Part shown: positions 1-13,620 of the stretch, one piece after another
Layout of the letters: every line of letters starts with the position of its first letter
Numbering within the stretch: the stretch's first letter is position 1
Assembly: GCA_030390025.1 (NCBI GenBank)
Contig: CM059432.1
Span: 148,802,001-148,866,000, forward strand
DNA from: Squalus acanthias
Lineage: Eukaryota
DNA: 64,000 nt
Reading direction: 5' to 3'
Translations under genes and position numbers: made by a program
The notes under the pieces: generated by a model
Databases searched by the model: none
What the model saw: only the letters and a program-made list of their open reading frames with translations
Told to the model about the DNA's origin: nothing

Positions 1-545
1 CTGCAGCGAGTGACTCACCTCCCGACTCCCCAAAGCCTTTCCACATCTACAAGGCACAAGTCAGGAGAGTGATGGAATAAGCTCCGCTCGCATGGATGAG
101 TGCAGCTCCAACAACATGAGAGAAGCTCGACACCATCCAGGGCAAAGCAGCCCACTTAAACATTCATTCCATCCATCACCTCCGTACCGTGGCTGCAGTG
201 TGTACCATCTACAAGATGCACTGCAGCAACTCGCCAAGGCATCTTTGGCAGCACCTCCCAAACCCGCAACCTCTTCCACCTAGAAGGACAAGGGCAGCAG
301 GTGCATGGGAACACCACCACCTCCAAGTTCCCCTCCAAGTCACACACCATCCTGACTTGGAAATATATCGCCGATCCTTCATCGTCGCTGGGTCAAAATC
401 CTGGAACTCCCTCCCTAACAGCAGTGTGGGAGCACCTTCACCACACGGACTGCAGCGGTTCAAGAAGGCAGCTCACCACCACCTTCTCAAGGGCAATTAG
501 GGATGGGCAATAAATGCCAGCGGTGCCCACATCCCACGAATAAAT
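1..545 (+). mobile_element. Non-LTR retrotransposon 3' end (most like RTE-X clade)
   Basis: YKAQVR.VME..PLAWMSAAPT...VAAVCTIYKMHCSNSPR...KSWNSLPNS...LQRFKKAAHHHLLKGN*. Further copies at ~5836-6150, ~12935-13620 and ~49200-49300 (all -). Confidence 0.75.
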
Positions 546-2391
546 AGGCACAATGTTTATTCTGTTACTCCAACTCAAATGACCGTAAAGTGCTCGTTAT
601 GATTTGGCCTTTGCTTGGTATTTTTTCTGTTGCCGAATACAAAACAGGCAAACCCACGCTTCCTACTAACTGAAGCAAGACCCTGTGCAGACAGTAATGC
701 AGATATCGTGCACCCAATAGACTTATCGTCTCTCGATTTACATGTAGGATTTCCACTACACACCCACGTCACCTTAGAAAATAATTATCAGTCACCCCAG
801 GCACTTTTGTAACAGACTAAACTACCAAAATGATTTATTCAAAAACAGAGTTATTTACAGAATCAGGCAGTAACAGCCAGTTGTTGAATTTAGCCTGAAA
901 AAGAAAGCAGCTTTGACGTAGTTCAGGAAAGGGTTAAACAGATAAGCCGGACAGTTTATTTACTTTGAGCACCTTGCTTTGCAGGTTTTTATAGACAAAC
1001 TGTTGTCAGACTGGGAGTAGCTACCTGATCCTTACTGATTTACTGCCCTTCTCTGAATTACATAGGTGTCCGAACTAGGGAGCTGCATATTGCCATAGTG
1101 TCTGTTGTAGCTCGGTCAAAAACAGAACCAGCCATTACATCTGAACTGTCAGCTTCTTCTATCCATAAAACCCTTGAGAATACAGTTCACTTTGGGAAGC
1201 CAATCTAAGAGACCGAGGCACGTTGCTCAAACAGTGGGGATTGAACTCCATAATATGTACACAAAATAATGCTGACGGACACCTGTGCTGTTTTAGAAGT
1301 GCTGCTTGTGTCTGCACTGTCCTGATTAGATTATGTCATTGATCACTATCCCAGTACTCCATGTTGAACTGTTTTTATGGTTGGATGGGCTGAGCAGCTT
1401 CACACATTGAGTGAAAACGCTTCATAATTTAGGCTGGCACTTCAGTGCAGCATTGAGGGAGTGCTACACTGCCGGAGGTGCCGTCTTTCGGATTAGACGT
1501 TAAACCGAGGCCCTGTTTACCCTTTCAGGTGGGCACGACAGATCCCACAGCTCTATTTGAATAAGAGCAGTTCTCCACAGTGTCCTGGCCAGCGTTTATT
1601 CCCGAAGCCAACATCACTAAAACAGATGATCTGGTCATTTATTTCATTGCTGTTAGCGGGAGCTTGCTGTGTGCAAATTGGCTGCCGCAGTTCATACATT
1701 ACAATAGTGATTACACTTCAAAAGTACTTTGTTGGCTGGAAAGCACTTTGGGACATCCTCAGTTTGTGAAAGGTGCGATAGAAATGTAAGTTCGCTCTTT
1801 CTTTTCCACTCATTGGATCACAGGCAATTTTACACACTGCACCTCGTCAGACTGATTAGTGCAACCAATCTTAAAATGGCTACAATTAAGGCATACAATC
1901 CCATAAATAATATTAAAACATAGAATCATTTATGACTTTTAATATGACCCATCATAGTACAGTCCTAGAAACATAACATAGAGTAAGCAAAGTTATAATG
2001 TTCTCAATAAACAGTACTTCAAATCATTTTACAGGAATATCAGAACTGGTTTTCACACAGTCATAAAAAAGATAAAAAAGACTGGCATGTATATATAGCA
2101 CCTCTGACAGATGCCTCGAAGTGTTTCCACAGTCAATGAATTTAGTGCAGTGAGGGGTTTATGTAGTTGAGCAAAACAGCCATGTTACAAATAGTAACAA
2201 AATGAATGACCAATGAATCTGTGTTAGTGATGTGGGTTGAGGGATGAACACTGACCCTTACACCGGACAAGGCGTGTCCGAGCTGCAGCACGGGGGGCCA
2301 CATGTGGCAATCTGGCCCTCGCAGCCCAGGCAACACTCTCCTTTTTGCCCTTGTATTTTCTACTTGCCAGTTTGTTCTGTTTGAATTGTAT

Positions 2392-3164
2392 GGGCCTGGA
2401 GCTTCGGAAAGTGTTGGCCCGTAATTTCCGATAGGAGGCTTCCTGCGTGCGGAGGCCTCCTACTGGGGAAAAAAATCTATGAACTTGCCTGAGGGCTCCC
2501 GAGGTCCGGCCATTTCCGCTCCTGGGCCTCTCCACAGTCGAAATGCACAGGGCCCACGTATCCCAGGGGCGCAGGAGGTTCACAAGCGTCCCTGTGATCA
2601 CGTGGGTCATGGGGAGCCAATAGGAGAAGGGAATCTCCCTGCATACTTTTGACAGATAGACCCGTCAAATATATGAATGGAGATCACCCCAAAAACACAG
2701 CAAAACATTCAATAAATGTTTAAAAAAACCATCACGCTTTTAAAATGAGTTAAAATTACATTAAATTAAATATTTTAAACAAAAATGTAATTTTTTGAAA
2801 AAAAATTAAAGTTTTTAACGGGGCTAAAAATAAACTTACCTTTTTCTAAATTATAAATGAGTGAAAAAAAATTACTAATTTTTTTTTTACTTTTTTAAAC
2901 TCTTATGCTGGTAGAAGCAGGCCTTACGCAGGCTTTTACCAGGCGTAAGATTTCTAAGGGTTTTCAGCAGGCAGAGGTTGTGCAGAAAGCGGAACTCTCC
3001 CCCCGCAGAGGCCCTTCTCCAGGGCAGGTGTCCGATCTGTCAAGAGAATTCTTGACAGATCGGAAATGCCGGTTTTCAGCGTATTCGCTATGCATGCCTG
3101 AAACCGGCATTTCCGATGTCCCTATGGGTGTGTACACACCCGTAGGCATCGGAATATACGGCCC
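2392..3164. mobile_element. Probable Harbinger-type MITE
   Basis: GGGCC...GGCCC termini with weak further complementarity, GC-rich ends and AT-rich core; no coding capacity. Confidence 0.45.
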
Positions 3165-3972
3165 ATTATTTTTAGCATTGTTGTCTCATCACTGGATAAA
3201 TCCTAAATCAAATATCCCGGGCCCTGTTCTTTTACGTATTGTTACAGGGTCCTACCATCTTAGAGCCCTTGAGCAAGCCAAGTTCCAAACACCTTTTAAT
3301 GCACCGTAACACAAAGCACGATCACACAACACATCTTTTAGTTCTTCAACTCCCAGCCTCTCAACCTTTACTTCCCCTGAATCTCCCCTTTTATGTTCAC
3401 CTGGCTGGGGAAAGTCTGCTCCCCCTCCAGGTGCTTCCACTCCAGGTGCATTTATCTTTAAAAGGAAGGTTCTTTAAGGGGCCATCCGCTTACTCGGAGA
3501 CCAGAGCCCTCCTCAGCCTGTGGCTGACACACTGGCCCTCAATCACCCTGCGGCAGTATGTCATTTTTCCATCTAAGTTCCCCACTTTTCTCCGGTCCAC
3601 GAGTCTCACGTCTGCAGTTAAAAGCGTCGGCATCCTGCACTCAGATCTTTTACCACTGGCCTCTTTAGTGAATTGCTAGGAGGTCCAGTCAACAACTGGG
3701 CAGGTCTTCACCATCTGATAACCCCCTTTCCCCCGAAGGAGGAGGCTGTAGCCTCTGTTTGGCTACTCCCCATCTCACACAGTCAGATTGGTATCTGAGC
3801 AGTTTGGAGCACCATATTTTCCTTATTGAAGACCGTTTTAAAGAGATGACTTCTCCATTGGAGAAAAAACTATAAACAAATCATGTTGTATCAGAGACCA
3901 AAGTATATCAGACAGATATAAATAGGGAGGGCATTGAATCGTCCCAAATGCTAAGAAAAGCCATAGTCTTAC

Positions 3973-4079
3973 CAGAACGCTGCCGTTGCCTCCTTCCTGT
4001 CGGGACAGAGTCACACCCATCCACTCGTTGTCCCTGTTCTCTTTGCAGGTTTTACCACAAGTCTTGCCCCGTTTATTAC
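3973..4079 (-). CDS. ITGA9: Integrin alpha-9 exon 3 (107 nt); gene continues beyond window start
   Basis: Acceptor ttctcag|GT; encodes (G)NKRGKTCGKTCKENRDNEWMGVTLSRQEGGNGSVL; donor CTG|GTAAGA. Matches recalled human ITGA9 SCGKTCREDRDDEWMGVSLARQ. Confidence 0.96.
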
Positions 4080-4879
4080 CTGAGAATTCCAATAACAATT
4101 GTTACGCTCCATGTTAGTCCGAATGGTGATAAGTTTCTGTCAATCAAAAATTTTGAAGCAAATGAATGACACTTGGACAAAAACTCCTCAACACTAAAGG
4201 ATTCTTAAACTCAAAAAGTATCCAGAACACGTCCCAGTTTATTCCAAGCAGATTGCGACTTTGAGAATGTTCGACAATTATGTAAACATCTCTAGTCCTA
4301 CACATGAAGGTAGGGGTGGCAATGGATGCAATTACAATCTACTCCCAATAATTGTATTAAAAAAATGTAACTTTCCAATCATTTGAATTAAGCAATTTAA
4401 GTAACACAGGAAAGTGGAAAATTAGTGCTAAGAAAACAAATGATCAGATAACTTAAATTAAGCAACTTTGAACTCAGAGTGGACTGTATCAGAATATCTA
4501 TGGAGTTCATGATAATACGATAAGAGTTTGCACCTGTCGCTGCACAGTAAGTTCTCAATCTCAGTTATGCTGTTAAGGGACCGATGTGCACTAGCTCATT
4601 TCCAGAGGGAGGGAATATCAGAAGTTAAGTCAACTCAGGGCCATTCTCGAGCCCACAGCTTACAGAGCAGAAGCATGGGAGGAATTCCCAAATAGTACGG
4701 GGTGATGGAAGGAGCAGACAACTTGAGTGAGGCAAAGATAGAAAACTTTAAATAAAAACAAAACAAATTCACAAGGCTCTTTTCGAAGTATTATGGCAAA
4801 AAGGAATTGAATATTTAGAAGTTTTTGCAGCTTTTATTTAAAAATGCTACAGAGCTGTAGTATGTGAAAGAATGCATTT

Positions 4880-5390
4880 ATAGAGAATCATAGCCCAGAA
4901 GAAGAAGGAGGCTATTCGTCCGATCGTGCCTGTGCCGGCTCTTTGAAATAGCTATCCAGTGAGTCTCTCCTCAACCCCTGGTTCTTTTGCCAATTATCCT
5001 AAATCTGTGTCCTCTGGTTATCGACCCTCCTGCCACTGGAAAGTTTCTCCCTATTCGCTCTATTAAAGCACTTCATGATTTTGGACACCTCTATCAAATC
5101 TTCTCTTAACCTTCTCTGCTCCAAGAAGAGCAATCCCAGCTTCACCAATCGCTCCACGTAACTGAAGTCCCTCATCCCTGGTGCCATTCCAGTAAATCTC
5201 CTCTGCACGCGCTTCAAGGCCTTGACATCCTTCCTAAAGTGCGGTGCCCGGAATTGGACACAACACTCCAGCCGAGGCCGAACCAGTGTTTTATGAAGGG
5301 TTACCACACCTTCCTTGATTTTGCACGCTTTGCCTTTAATTATAACACCAAGTATCTCGTATGCCTTTTTAAACAGACCGATCAACTTGT
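4880..5390 (-). mobile_element. CR1 LINE 3' fragment
   Basis: LVRPRLECCVQFRAPHFRKDVKALKRVQRRFT..LEQRRLREDLIEV. Confidence 0.88.
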
Positions 5391-5560
5391 CCTACCACCT
5401 CCACCTCCACTGATTTGTGTCTGATGTAGTATCCTGCGTATTGTATAGTATCTGTCATATCTTCGGAATGTCCTTAAGCACTTCAGAGCCAATTAATTAC
5501 TTCTGAAGTGTTGTCACTATTGTTTTGTAGGCAAACATAGCAGCCAATCTGTGCATAGCA

Positions 5561-6254
5561 TAGGGTTGCCAATCTTCCAGCATTATCCCGAAGTCGCCAG
5601 AAATTAAACATTAATCTCCTAGACACTGCTGTAAACAACCCAGGAGAAAAATCATAGGAGAATTATAAATATTCTGTGTATTTTCATTTTCTTGGAACAC
5701 GTATGCTTATCAGTTATAAACATTTTAGAGATGGGAACAAAGGCTGTTTGACTGACGGTCAAGCTCTTCCAATCGGGTAATGAAGAGTCTGTTCGCTTTC
5801 CAATTGGTGTGGGTAGGCGGTGCCCCACAAGTACAGGTTTTTTTTTAAATTCGTTCCTGGGATGTGGGCGTCACTGACAAGGCCAGCAGTTATTGCCCAT
5901 CCCCAGTTGCCCTTAATTGCAGTGGTGAGCTGCCTTCTTGAACCGCTGCAGTCCGTGTGGTGAAGGTGCTGTTAGGGAGAGAGTTCCAGGATTTTGACCC
6001 AACGACGATGAAGGATCGGCCGATATATTTCCAAGTCAGGATGGTGTGTGACTTGGAGGGGAATTTGGAGGTGGTGGTGTTCCCATGCGCCTGCTGCCCT
6101 TGTCCTTCTAGGTGGTAGAGGTCGTGGGTTTGGTGGGTGCTGTCGAAGAAGCCGAAGGGCCTATCGGGCGTCTAATGGCAGGAGTATGGGGGCGAGGGGG
6201 GAGGTCATGTAACAAAACCTCCTGGAATATGTCCAACCAGAGCTGGCAACCCTC
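5561..6254. mobile_element. hAT-type MITE inserted in a Deu-SINE, itself interrupted by an RTE-X-like fragment (~5836-6150)
   Basis: TIRs TAGGGTTGCCA / TGGCAACCCTC; 8-bp flanks GCATAGCA / GCACAGCA. Confidence 0.75.
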
Positions 6255-6519
6255 GCACAGCAATGAGATAATTGACCAGTTGATCGGCTCTGGTGCTGTT
6301 GATTGAGGGATAATTGCTGGCCAGGACTCCAGGAGAACTCCCCTGCTCTTCCTCAAGGAGTGCCATGGGATCGTTTATGTCCACCTGAGCAGGCAGACAT
6401 TGATTTAATATCTCATCTGATAAACAGCATCTTCAAATATGCAGCACTCCCTCAGCCCTACACTGAAGTGTCAGTCTAGATTTTGTGCTAAAGTCCTGGA
6501 GTGGGGCTTGAATTCACAA

Positions 6520-7109
6520 ACTTTTATCTTAGCCAAGTGCAGGTGGACAATTCAGCATTGGGGGGGGGGGGGGGTTAATATTGAAGAGAACTGCGACAAA
6601 AATACAAGATGACGTTAATAACCTTGCAGAATGTGCAAGTAAATGACAAATGAAATTCAATGTAGATAATTGTGAGGTGGTGCAGTTTGGTAGGAAGAAT
6701 AAGGAGGCCGCATACTCCTTGGCAAATAAGTGTCTAAATGGGGTCGAGAAGCAAAGGGATCCGGGAGTACAGATCAATAAAAGTAGCAATGCAAATTAAC
6801 AAGGCTATAAAAAAATGCCAACAGAGCAGTGGGCTTCATTTCTAGTGGAACAGAATTGAAAAGCAGAGAGGTTTTATTAAACTTGTACAGAACCTTGGTT
6901 AGATCACACTTGGAGTACCGTGCACAGTTCTGGTTTCTGCATTACAAAAAGGATATAGAGGCACTTGAGAAGGTGCAAAAAAGATTGACAAGGATGATAG
7001 CAGAATTGAGAGGTTATAATTATCAGGAAACAGGCTGGGGCTCTTTTCTCCAGATAATAGAGGTCTTTAAAATTATGAAGGGGGTAGACGTAGAGATGTT
7101 TCCACTTGT

Positions 7110-7140
<31 letters not shown>

Positions 7141-7440
7141 GAGAGTCCAAAACTAGGGGCCATAAATATAAGATAGTCACTAATAAATCCAATAGGACAT
7201 TCAGGAGAATCTTCTTTACCCAGAGTGGTGAGAATGTGGAACTCGCTACCACAAGGAGTAGTTGAGGCGAATAACATAGATGCATTTAAGGGGAAGCTGG
7301 ATAAGTACATGAGGGAGAAAGTAATAGAAGGTCATGCTGATAGGGTTAGATGAAGTAGGGTGGGAGGAGGCTCGTGTGGAGCATAAACACCAGCATAGAC
7401 CATTGGGCCGAATGGTCCGTTTCTGTGCTGTAAATTCTAT
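6520..7440 (+). mobile_element. CR1 LINE 3' fragment
   Basis: LYRTLVRSHLEYRAQFW..KKDIEALEKVQKRLTRMI plus 3'UTR. Confidence 0.88.
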
Positions 7441-8914
7441 GTAAAAGTACAGGCTGTGCAGTGCCATCTGGAGACACCTCAGTGTGCTTTCATGCTGCTG
7501 TATCATTATAAGAAAACCAATTTAGGTGCACTTCTTCCAGCGAGGTCCAACTGCAGTGGTTGTTGTGGAGTCAATGATATGCACCAATATCCAAAACAGG
7601 TAAATATTTTAATCACTACAAGCTACCTATCTCTGAGGACACAGTCATGTATCGTTATGTATTCTACGCAGCCAGTGCACAGCAACTTAAAATAAATGTA
7701 AATGTTTGACGGTGCAGTATAAGGCCACTCATATCGGTCTTCTTTTAATTTGGATTCTGGGAGTCAGTACCTGAATTTTATGCTGTTAAATTGGTTTTGT
7801 GCACTGGTGGCAGACTCAGAGGCCTGGATTTAGTTGTTTCTACCAGACTGTCACAGGCTTCTGGAAACCAGTTTTAAATGTCAGGAGACAGCTTTCACAC
7901 AGAATTCTAATTCAGAGACCGGTATAAAAGGTCTTGTCGATACAACAATTTTATAATGTCAAATAATCCCACACAGGTGAACATGTTTGTGTAACAGTTA
8001 GGATCAACTGTTGCATGGAGTGTCTGAAAGTAGTTTACTTCTGAGTAGTAGAAAATAAATGTGTTAGTAGTCGAGTCTGGCCTATAAACCAGAAAATTGT
8101 GGGTTCAAGCACATAACTGAGATTTAACACAAAATCTTGGCAAGATACTTCAGTGCAGTACTGAGGGAGTGCTGCACTGTCAGAGATGCCATCTGTCAGA
8201 TGAGACATTAAACTGAGGTTCCGTCTACCTGTTCAGGTGGAGAAAGAAGATCTCACGGGACTTTTCAAAGAGCAGGGTGTTCTCCTGGAGTCCTGGACAA
8301 CATTCCTTCCTGAACCAAAGCAAACGTGAACTACGCGTTTTCTGTATGCAAATTGGCTGCCATGTTTGCCTCCATAGCAACAGTGACTGCCATTGGCTGT
8401 GAAGCACTGAGGGGATGTGAAAGGGTGATATAAATGCAATTCCTTTGCTTAACATATAAGACTGAAGGTTTAGCCTCTCTGTCTTATCTAATTGCTAAGC
8501 CATGTCAGACGGAGTATGGTTAGGAGCATGCTGGAGCCTGCATCACTCCCAGTGACGTGACGTTACACGGATCGTAAACAGCTGGGTGACATTTTTCAAT
8601 TTCAGATAAATGGAAAAGTTAATCTTGATTCACCAATAATTAAAATCAGAGTAATTAAATGTAACTGAGGTACCAGAGTCAATGGCTTGGATTTTAATGC
8701 GCAGACACGCTGGGGGGGGGGGGGGGGGGGGGGGGGGAGGGGCAGATACCACGTGGAAAACCCGGAAATTTATGCAACGCGTCCGTCAGTGACTTTTTAA
8801 ATGCAGCCACTTCATTCACATATAATTTCCACATTTCCCATCAAATTAGCGTCAGCAGGCCTGATGACGACCCACATGACACAATCTCAACTCCAATATT
8901 TATCGAGTCGTCGT

Positions 8915-9305
8915 TGGCTTGTTCTCTCTACACAGATGCGGCCGGACCTGCTGTGATTTCCAGCAAAAAAAGTTTTTTGTTTTCGATACAGACTCCAGCA
9001 TCTGCCACATTTGACCCCTTGTGACCCCACCTCATTGTCTTTGATGTAATGTTTTCCTGACTGACCTGTTTGGACACCATTCACACCTTTGATTGCCGTG
9101 ATTATCTCTCTGCCGAGATGTGATAAAGGGCAGTTAGAAAGATTAACTGTAGTCATCTGGCAGTGTTCTCTGACTATATACGCTGTGCCTATATGCATCT
9201 CTTCACTTCACCTGACGAAGGAGCAGCGCTCCAAAAGCTTGTGATTTCAAATAAAGCTGTTGGACTATAACCTGGTGTTGTGCGACTTCTCACATTTGTC
9301 CAATA
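8915..9305 (+). mobile_element. PLE pLTR fragments of both families nested in Harbinger copy 1
   Basis: 8920-9005 resembles the CAGATGC..GACCTGCTG..TTTCCAGCA terminus; 9205-9300 matches the right arm of 32190-32272. Confidence 0.7.
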
Positions 9306-9325
9306 CTTAATGGGACACTCCAAAC

Positions 9326-11087
9326 ATGCAACTTGGAGTTGGGAAAGAGAGAGAAAGAAGTTTTGCAAGGAAAAGTAGACGGACAAACGCTGTGCGCCGC
9401 TTCACTGATGCCTCCTTGGATGTGCTGCTGGGGGCTGTGAGGACCCAGAGAGAGATATGGTTCCTTAGCAACGAGACAAAGAAGCGGGCTGGGGACACCA
9501 AGAAGGCGTGGTTGGAGGTGGTACATGAGGTCAGCAGCAGGAGCGTGGTGCCACGCTCCTGGATCCAATGCAGGAAGCGGTTCAATGACCTAAGCAGGGC
9601 AGGAAAGGTGAGTAGAGTTGCACATTCACCTACATCCTGATGTGTGCATCACCCCAACCCCCTCATTCTGCCTTCTCAAGCCTACTCCAGCAAATCACTC
9701 CTCACACCAACTTACCTTGCAGGTACACCCATCCCTCTCCGTCTATGCACTTCCTCACATCCCCATCTATCCATCCACCACTGACACTCACCCTTATCCT
9801 TATACAATGTCACGCCTCTCCCTCATAGTCACCCTCAACAAATGCTCTCCATCCATCGGGTGAACACATGCCATTACTCTCACTCATAGGTCTCTTCTTT
9901 CCCTCCTTGCTGAAGAGAGCACAGAACACGAGGGAGAGGCAGAGAACCAGAGGAGGCCCGCCACAGATATCACAAATAACAGCGACAGAGGAGGTGGCGC
10001 TGGAGAGCAGCGGAGTCTCGGCATGCATGACCATCGGAGATGGGGGGCCTCCCAGCTATCAGGTGACAGAATTAAATACCAGACAGCCACATGGCATACA
10101 ACACTCAGTCGCAACAGTGAGTGAAATATGTCCATGTGCACAATGGTAACTTCAAACATTCTCAACTCATTCATGTCCTTTATCTCCCACAGGGCCGTCA
10201 CGCATCCAGCAGATGTGGTCCAGGTCGCTGACAATGACGTCGACTCCTCAGAGGAGCTCAATCCCTCTGAGGGTGCACCGTCACAGGACTCATACAGATC
10301 ATGCACCAGCTCAGGTACTCGCACTTCCGTGGGACAAGTTAGAGAGATAGTCAGGTTTTCACACGGTGACTCACACTTCACAAGTGAGCAAAAGCAGATG
10401 GTGGAGTTCAGCTGGACGCAGATGCTGTATCCCGGGGGCTGTCGATGAAGAGGATACTTATTGAGCAGTAGCAGAGAATGTGCGATGTACTGTCAGGCAT
10501 TCTAAGCGCACTGTGCACGATTGCAGAGAGATTGGAGGCATTCGCCTCGAGCACGAGTGCCATGCTGTCGCAGGCCATTGCAATGATGTCTTCTTTCATG
10601 GATAAAGTGGCCAACTGCATGGAGCATCAAATGGGGCAATTGAATGAGTGCATGTAGGCCTTCAACAACGGCTTGGACATTCTGGATGCCACCTTAAATA
10701 GGATGAATGATACCCCAGCCTTGGCGCCCCACTGACCTACACCAAAGTATTCTCCAGCACAGTGGTAGCAGTGAAGTGCGGCTGGGCCATGAGAGGGATG
10801 ATGGCGAAAGGGGACATGGAAGTGGGGACTCCACTCAAAATGCTTCCACTTTGCATCCGTTGCCTCCCGTCTCCTCAGTCAGTACCCGATGTGCTGCCTC
10901 GTGTCCCGATGGCCAAGTCAGCCCCATGCACAGGTGCAGATGGAGAAGTCTTTGGCAGGGTCCGCATGGGCTCCAAAACCCGGAGGATGACGGCCAAGAG
11001 CAACTTAACAGTCAGAGCAGGAATCGAACTCTGCTGCTGGAGTTGCACCATGTAGAAGTAATCGGAAAAGGAAGCGTAAAGATTTGT
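9326..11087 (+). pseudogene. Harbinger Myb/SANT-like DNA-binding protein gene (three exon-like segments, disrupted)
   Basis: RFTDASLDVLL...AWLEVVHEVSSRSVVPRSWIQCRKRFNDL trihelix motif. Donor AAG|GTGAGT at 9607/9608; further exon-like segments near 9910-10061 and from 10193; in-frame stops downstream. Confidence 0.8.
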
Positions 11088-11319
11088 AGTTGCACAGGGT
11101 ATGCTACATATTTTGTAATGTTAAGTCTAGTTTGTTCATTTGATGCACATAAATATTAATTATTTTGCACCATTTCCCGTGTTTCCCACTCTTGGTTACT
11201 GGTTGGCAAATGGCCTTTTCAGTTCTATGATGATGAATAGGAAGATCTGAATTGGTGGTGACCAATACAGGGATGTCAAAGGGATGCTTAGTTGTTTGGT
11301 GGACTCCTTTGTGTTAGTG

Positions 11320-12574
11320 GCATTGGGACACAGGGGCGGGGCGGGGGGCAAAAGTGCCTTTTGCATGAGGTTGTTAGCTGGGTGCACTGGTGGAACCCAA
11401 GTGAACTTCGCAATAATGAGGGCATCCCGCGGGGGCAGCAATGTGCGCCGCTGGTGGTGCATTGCCCTCATCACCATCCACCTCCTAATCTTCCTCCTCC
11501 TCCTCCTGGTCTTGCTCCTCCTCCTAGTCCTCTGAAGAGGCTCTGCGCCTTGGTTCTCCTGCAGGTCCAAACCTCGCCGCTAGGCAATGTTGTGCAGAGC
11601 GCAGCACACCACGACCATTCTGGAGACCCTGGCTGGTGCGTACTGAAGGGCGCCTTCAGATCTGTCCAGGCACCTGAAGCATATCTTCAGCATGCCGATG
11701 GCTTGTTCGATGACACATCTGGTGGTCATATGGCATTCATTGTAGCGCTCCTGGGCCTCATTCCTCAGGTTTCTGAGAGGTGTCGGTCACATTTTAAGTG
11801 GGTATCCAGTAGCCAGCCGGTAACTCTGCTTCCAGGTCAGAAGAGATCAGGGAGAGTGGACTACCGTAGGACGAAAGCATCATTACAGCTGCCCGGGAAT
11901 CTTGCCTGCATAAAGACCTTTTTGTGGTTACACACCAGCTGCACATTGATGGAGTGGAAGCCCTTGCGGTTGACGAATACTCCTGGGTGATCTATGGATG
12001 CCTTAATTGCCACCTGTGCAGTCGATGACTCCCTGCACCTGTGGGAAGCCAGCCAGAGCCGCAAACCCGAGCACCCACTCATTCTGACTGGTGTCATCGC
12101 AGGCAAAGTTGACATAATTGGCCGCCCTGGCAAACAAGCCAGTCACCTGTCTTATTCATTTGTGTGCCACGGACTATGAGATCCTGCAAATGTCTCCGGC
12201 AGATCCCTGGAAGAATCCAAAGGCAAAAATGTTGAGGGTGGTGGTGACTTTGACAGCCACTGGTAAAAGGTGGCCACCAGGTCCAGTTGGCAGCAGGTCT
12301 TGTTCCATCAGGCTGCAAGTGTCTGCCACCACCTGATGCGACACCCTGAGCCTCCTCAGACACTGGTGTTCCGACATGTCGAGGAAGCTTATCTTCTGCC
12401 TGTAGACCCTGTGTGCCGGGTACGGCCTCCTGCGAGCTGCACCTCTCTGCTGCTCCCCCCTCTCTCCTGTGGAGCTACAGATCTGTGACCAGCTGGCTGT
12501 TGTTGCTGGTGCTGGGGCTGGTCATCTTGGCCCTCATCTGATGTCCAATCTAAGGCAGTGTAAGTAGCACCCAT
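11320..12574 (-). pseudogene. Harbinger (HARBI1-like) DDE transposase, frameshifted
   Basis: Motifs LPVAVKVTTTLNIFAFGFFQGSAGDICRIS and [18 protein letters not shown]...[14 protein letters not shown], plus an acidic tail, split across frames. Confidence 0.9.
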
Positions 12575-12934
12575 GCTGATCTGATAGATCAGAGCTCCAA
12601 AGTGCAGATCAGACTTCCAAAGTGTAGATTACACCTCCAGAGTGTTGTAGAAACTGCCAGTGTGTAAAGTAACCTCTCAGCACAAGTACTGTGAACAAAC
12701 CCTTTCCCACAAGCAGGTAAGAAAGCAGCTGTCAGCACTGAGTATTCATTGGCAGATTTCCCGGAGATGGCTTCAGCCCCCTCAATTGCTGCGGTGTTCT
12801 CGCCTTGGTTTCATTGGCGAGTTCCAGGAAGCCTGGGAAACCCGTGAACCCAAAGTTAAAGTTGAAAACCCACGTCAATATCGCTCTAATCGAGCAATTA
12901 ACATATGTAAGTGGCGACCCGCCTCTCCCAAAGG

Positions 12935-13620
12935 GTTTTTTTTTATTCGTTTATGGGATGTGGACGTCGTTGGCAAGGCCAGCATTTATTGCCCATCCCT
13001 AGTTGTCCTTGAGAAGGTGGTGGTGAGCCGCCTTCTTGAACCGCTGCAGTCCGTGTGGTGAAGGTGCTGTTAGGGAGGGAGTTCCAGGATTTTGACCCAG
13101 CGACGGTGAAGGATCGGCGATATACTTCTAAGTCAGGATGGTGTGTGTGACTTGGAGGGGAACTTGGAGGTGGTGGTGTTCTCATGCGCCTACTGCCCTT
13201 GTCCTTCTAGGTGGAAGAGGTCGCGGGCCCAGGGGCCGTGTAGCCTGATCCTGCTCCTATTTCATGTGTCCAATTCCGTTAGGTTCAGGAGATGGTTCTG
13301 TGATAGTAGATTGGCAGTTAGGATCAGATCAGCCATGATCTTACTGAATGGCGGAGCAGGCTCGAGGGGCCAATTGGCCTACTCCTGCTCCTATTTCTTA
13401 TGTTCTTATGTTTGGGAGGTGCTGCCGAAGAAGCCTTGGCGAGTTGCTGCAGTGCATCTTGTAGATGGTACACACTGCAACCACGGTACGCCAGCGGTGG
13501 AGGGAGTGAATGTTTAAGGTGGTGGATGGGGTGCCAATCAAGCGGGCTGCTTTGTCCTGGATGGTGTCGAGCTTCTTGAGTGTTGTTGGAGCTGCACTCA
13601 TCCAGGCAAGTGGAGAGTAT
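12935..13620 (-). mobile_element. RTE-X-like LINE 3' fragment nested in Harbinger copy 1, with CR1-tail insert ~13225-13410
   Basis: YSPLAWMSAAPTTLKKLDTIQDKAARLIG..LNIHSLH..VAVCTIYKMHC. Confidence 0.8.

Noticed and set aside
546..3972. ITGA9 exon 4 (expected ACAHRWKN...)
   Set aside because: Not found by eye on the minus strand; presumably lies before position 1.
7109..7139. Long poly-G runs (also ~6559, ~8712, ~16787) giving poly-Gly/Pro ORFs
   Set aside because: Homopolymer expansions in repeats or introns; lengths may be sequencing-inflated; no coding evidence.
11292..11990. 232-aa plus-strand ORF
   Set aside because: Antisense shadow of the decayed Harbinger transposase.
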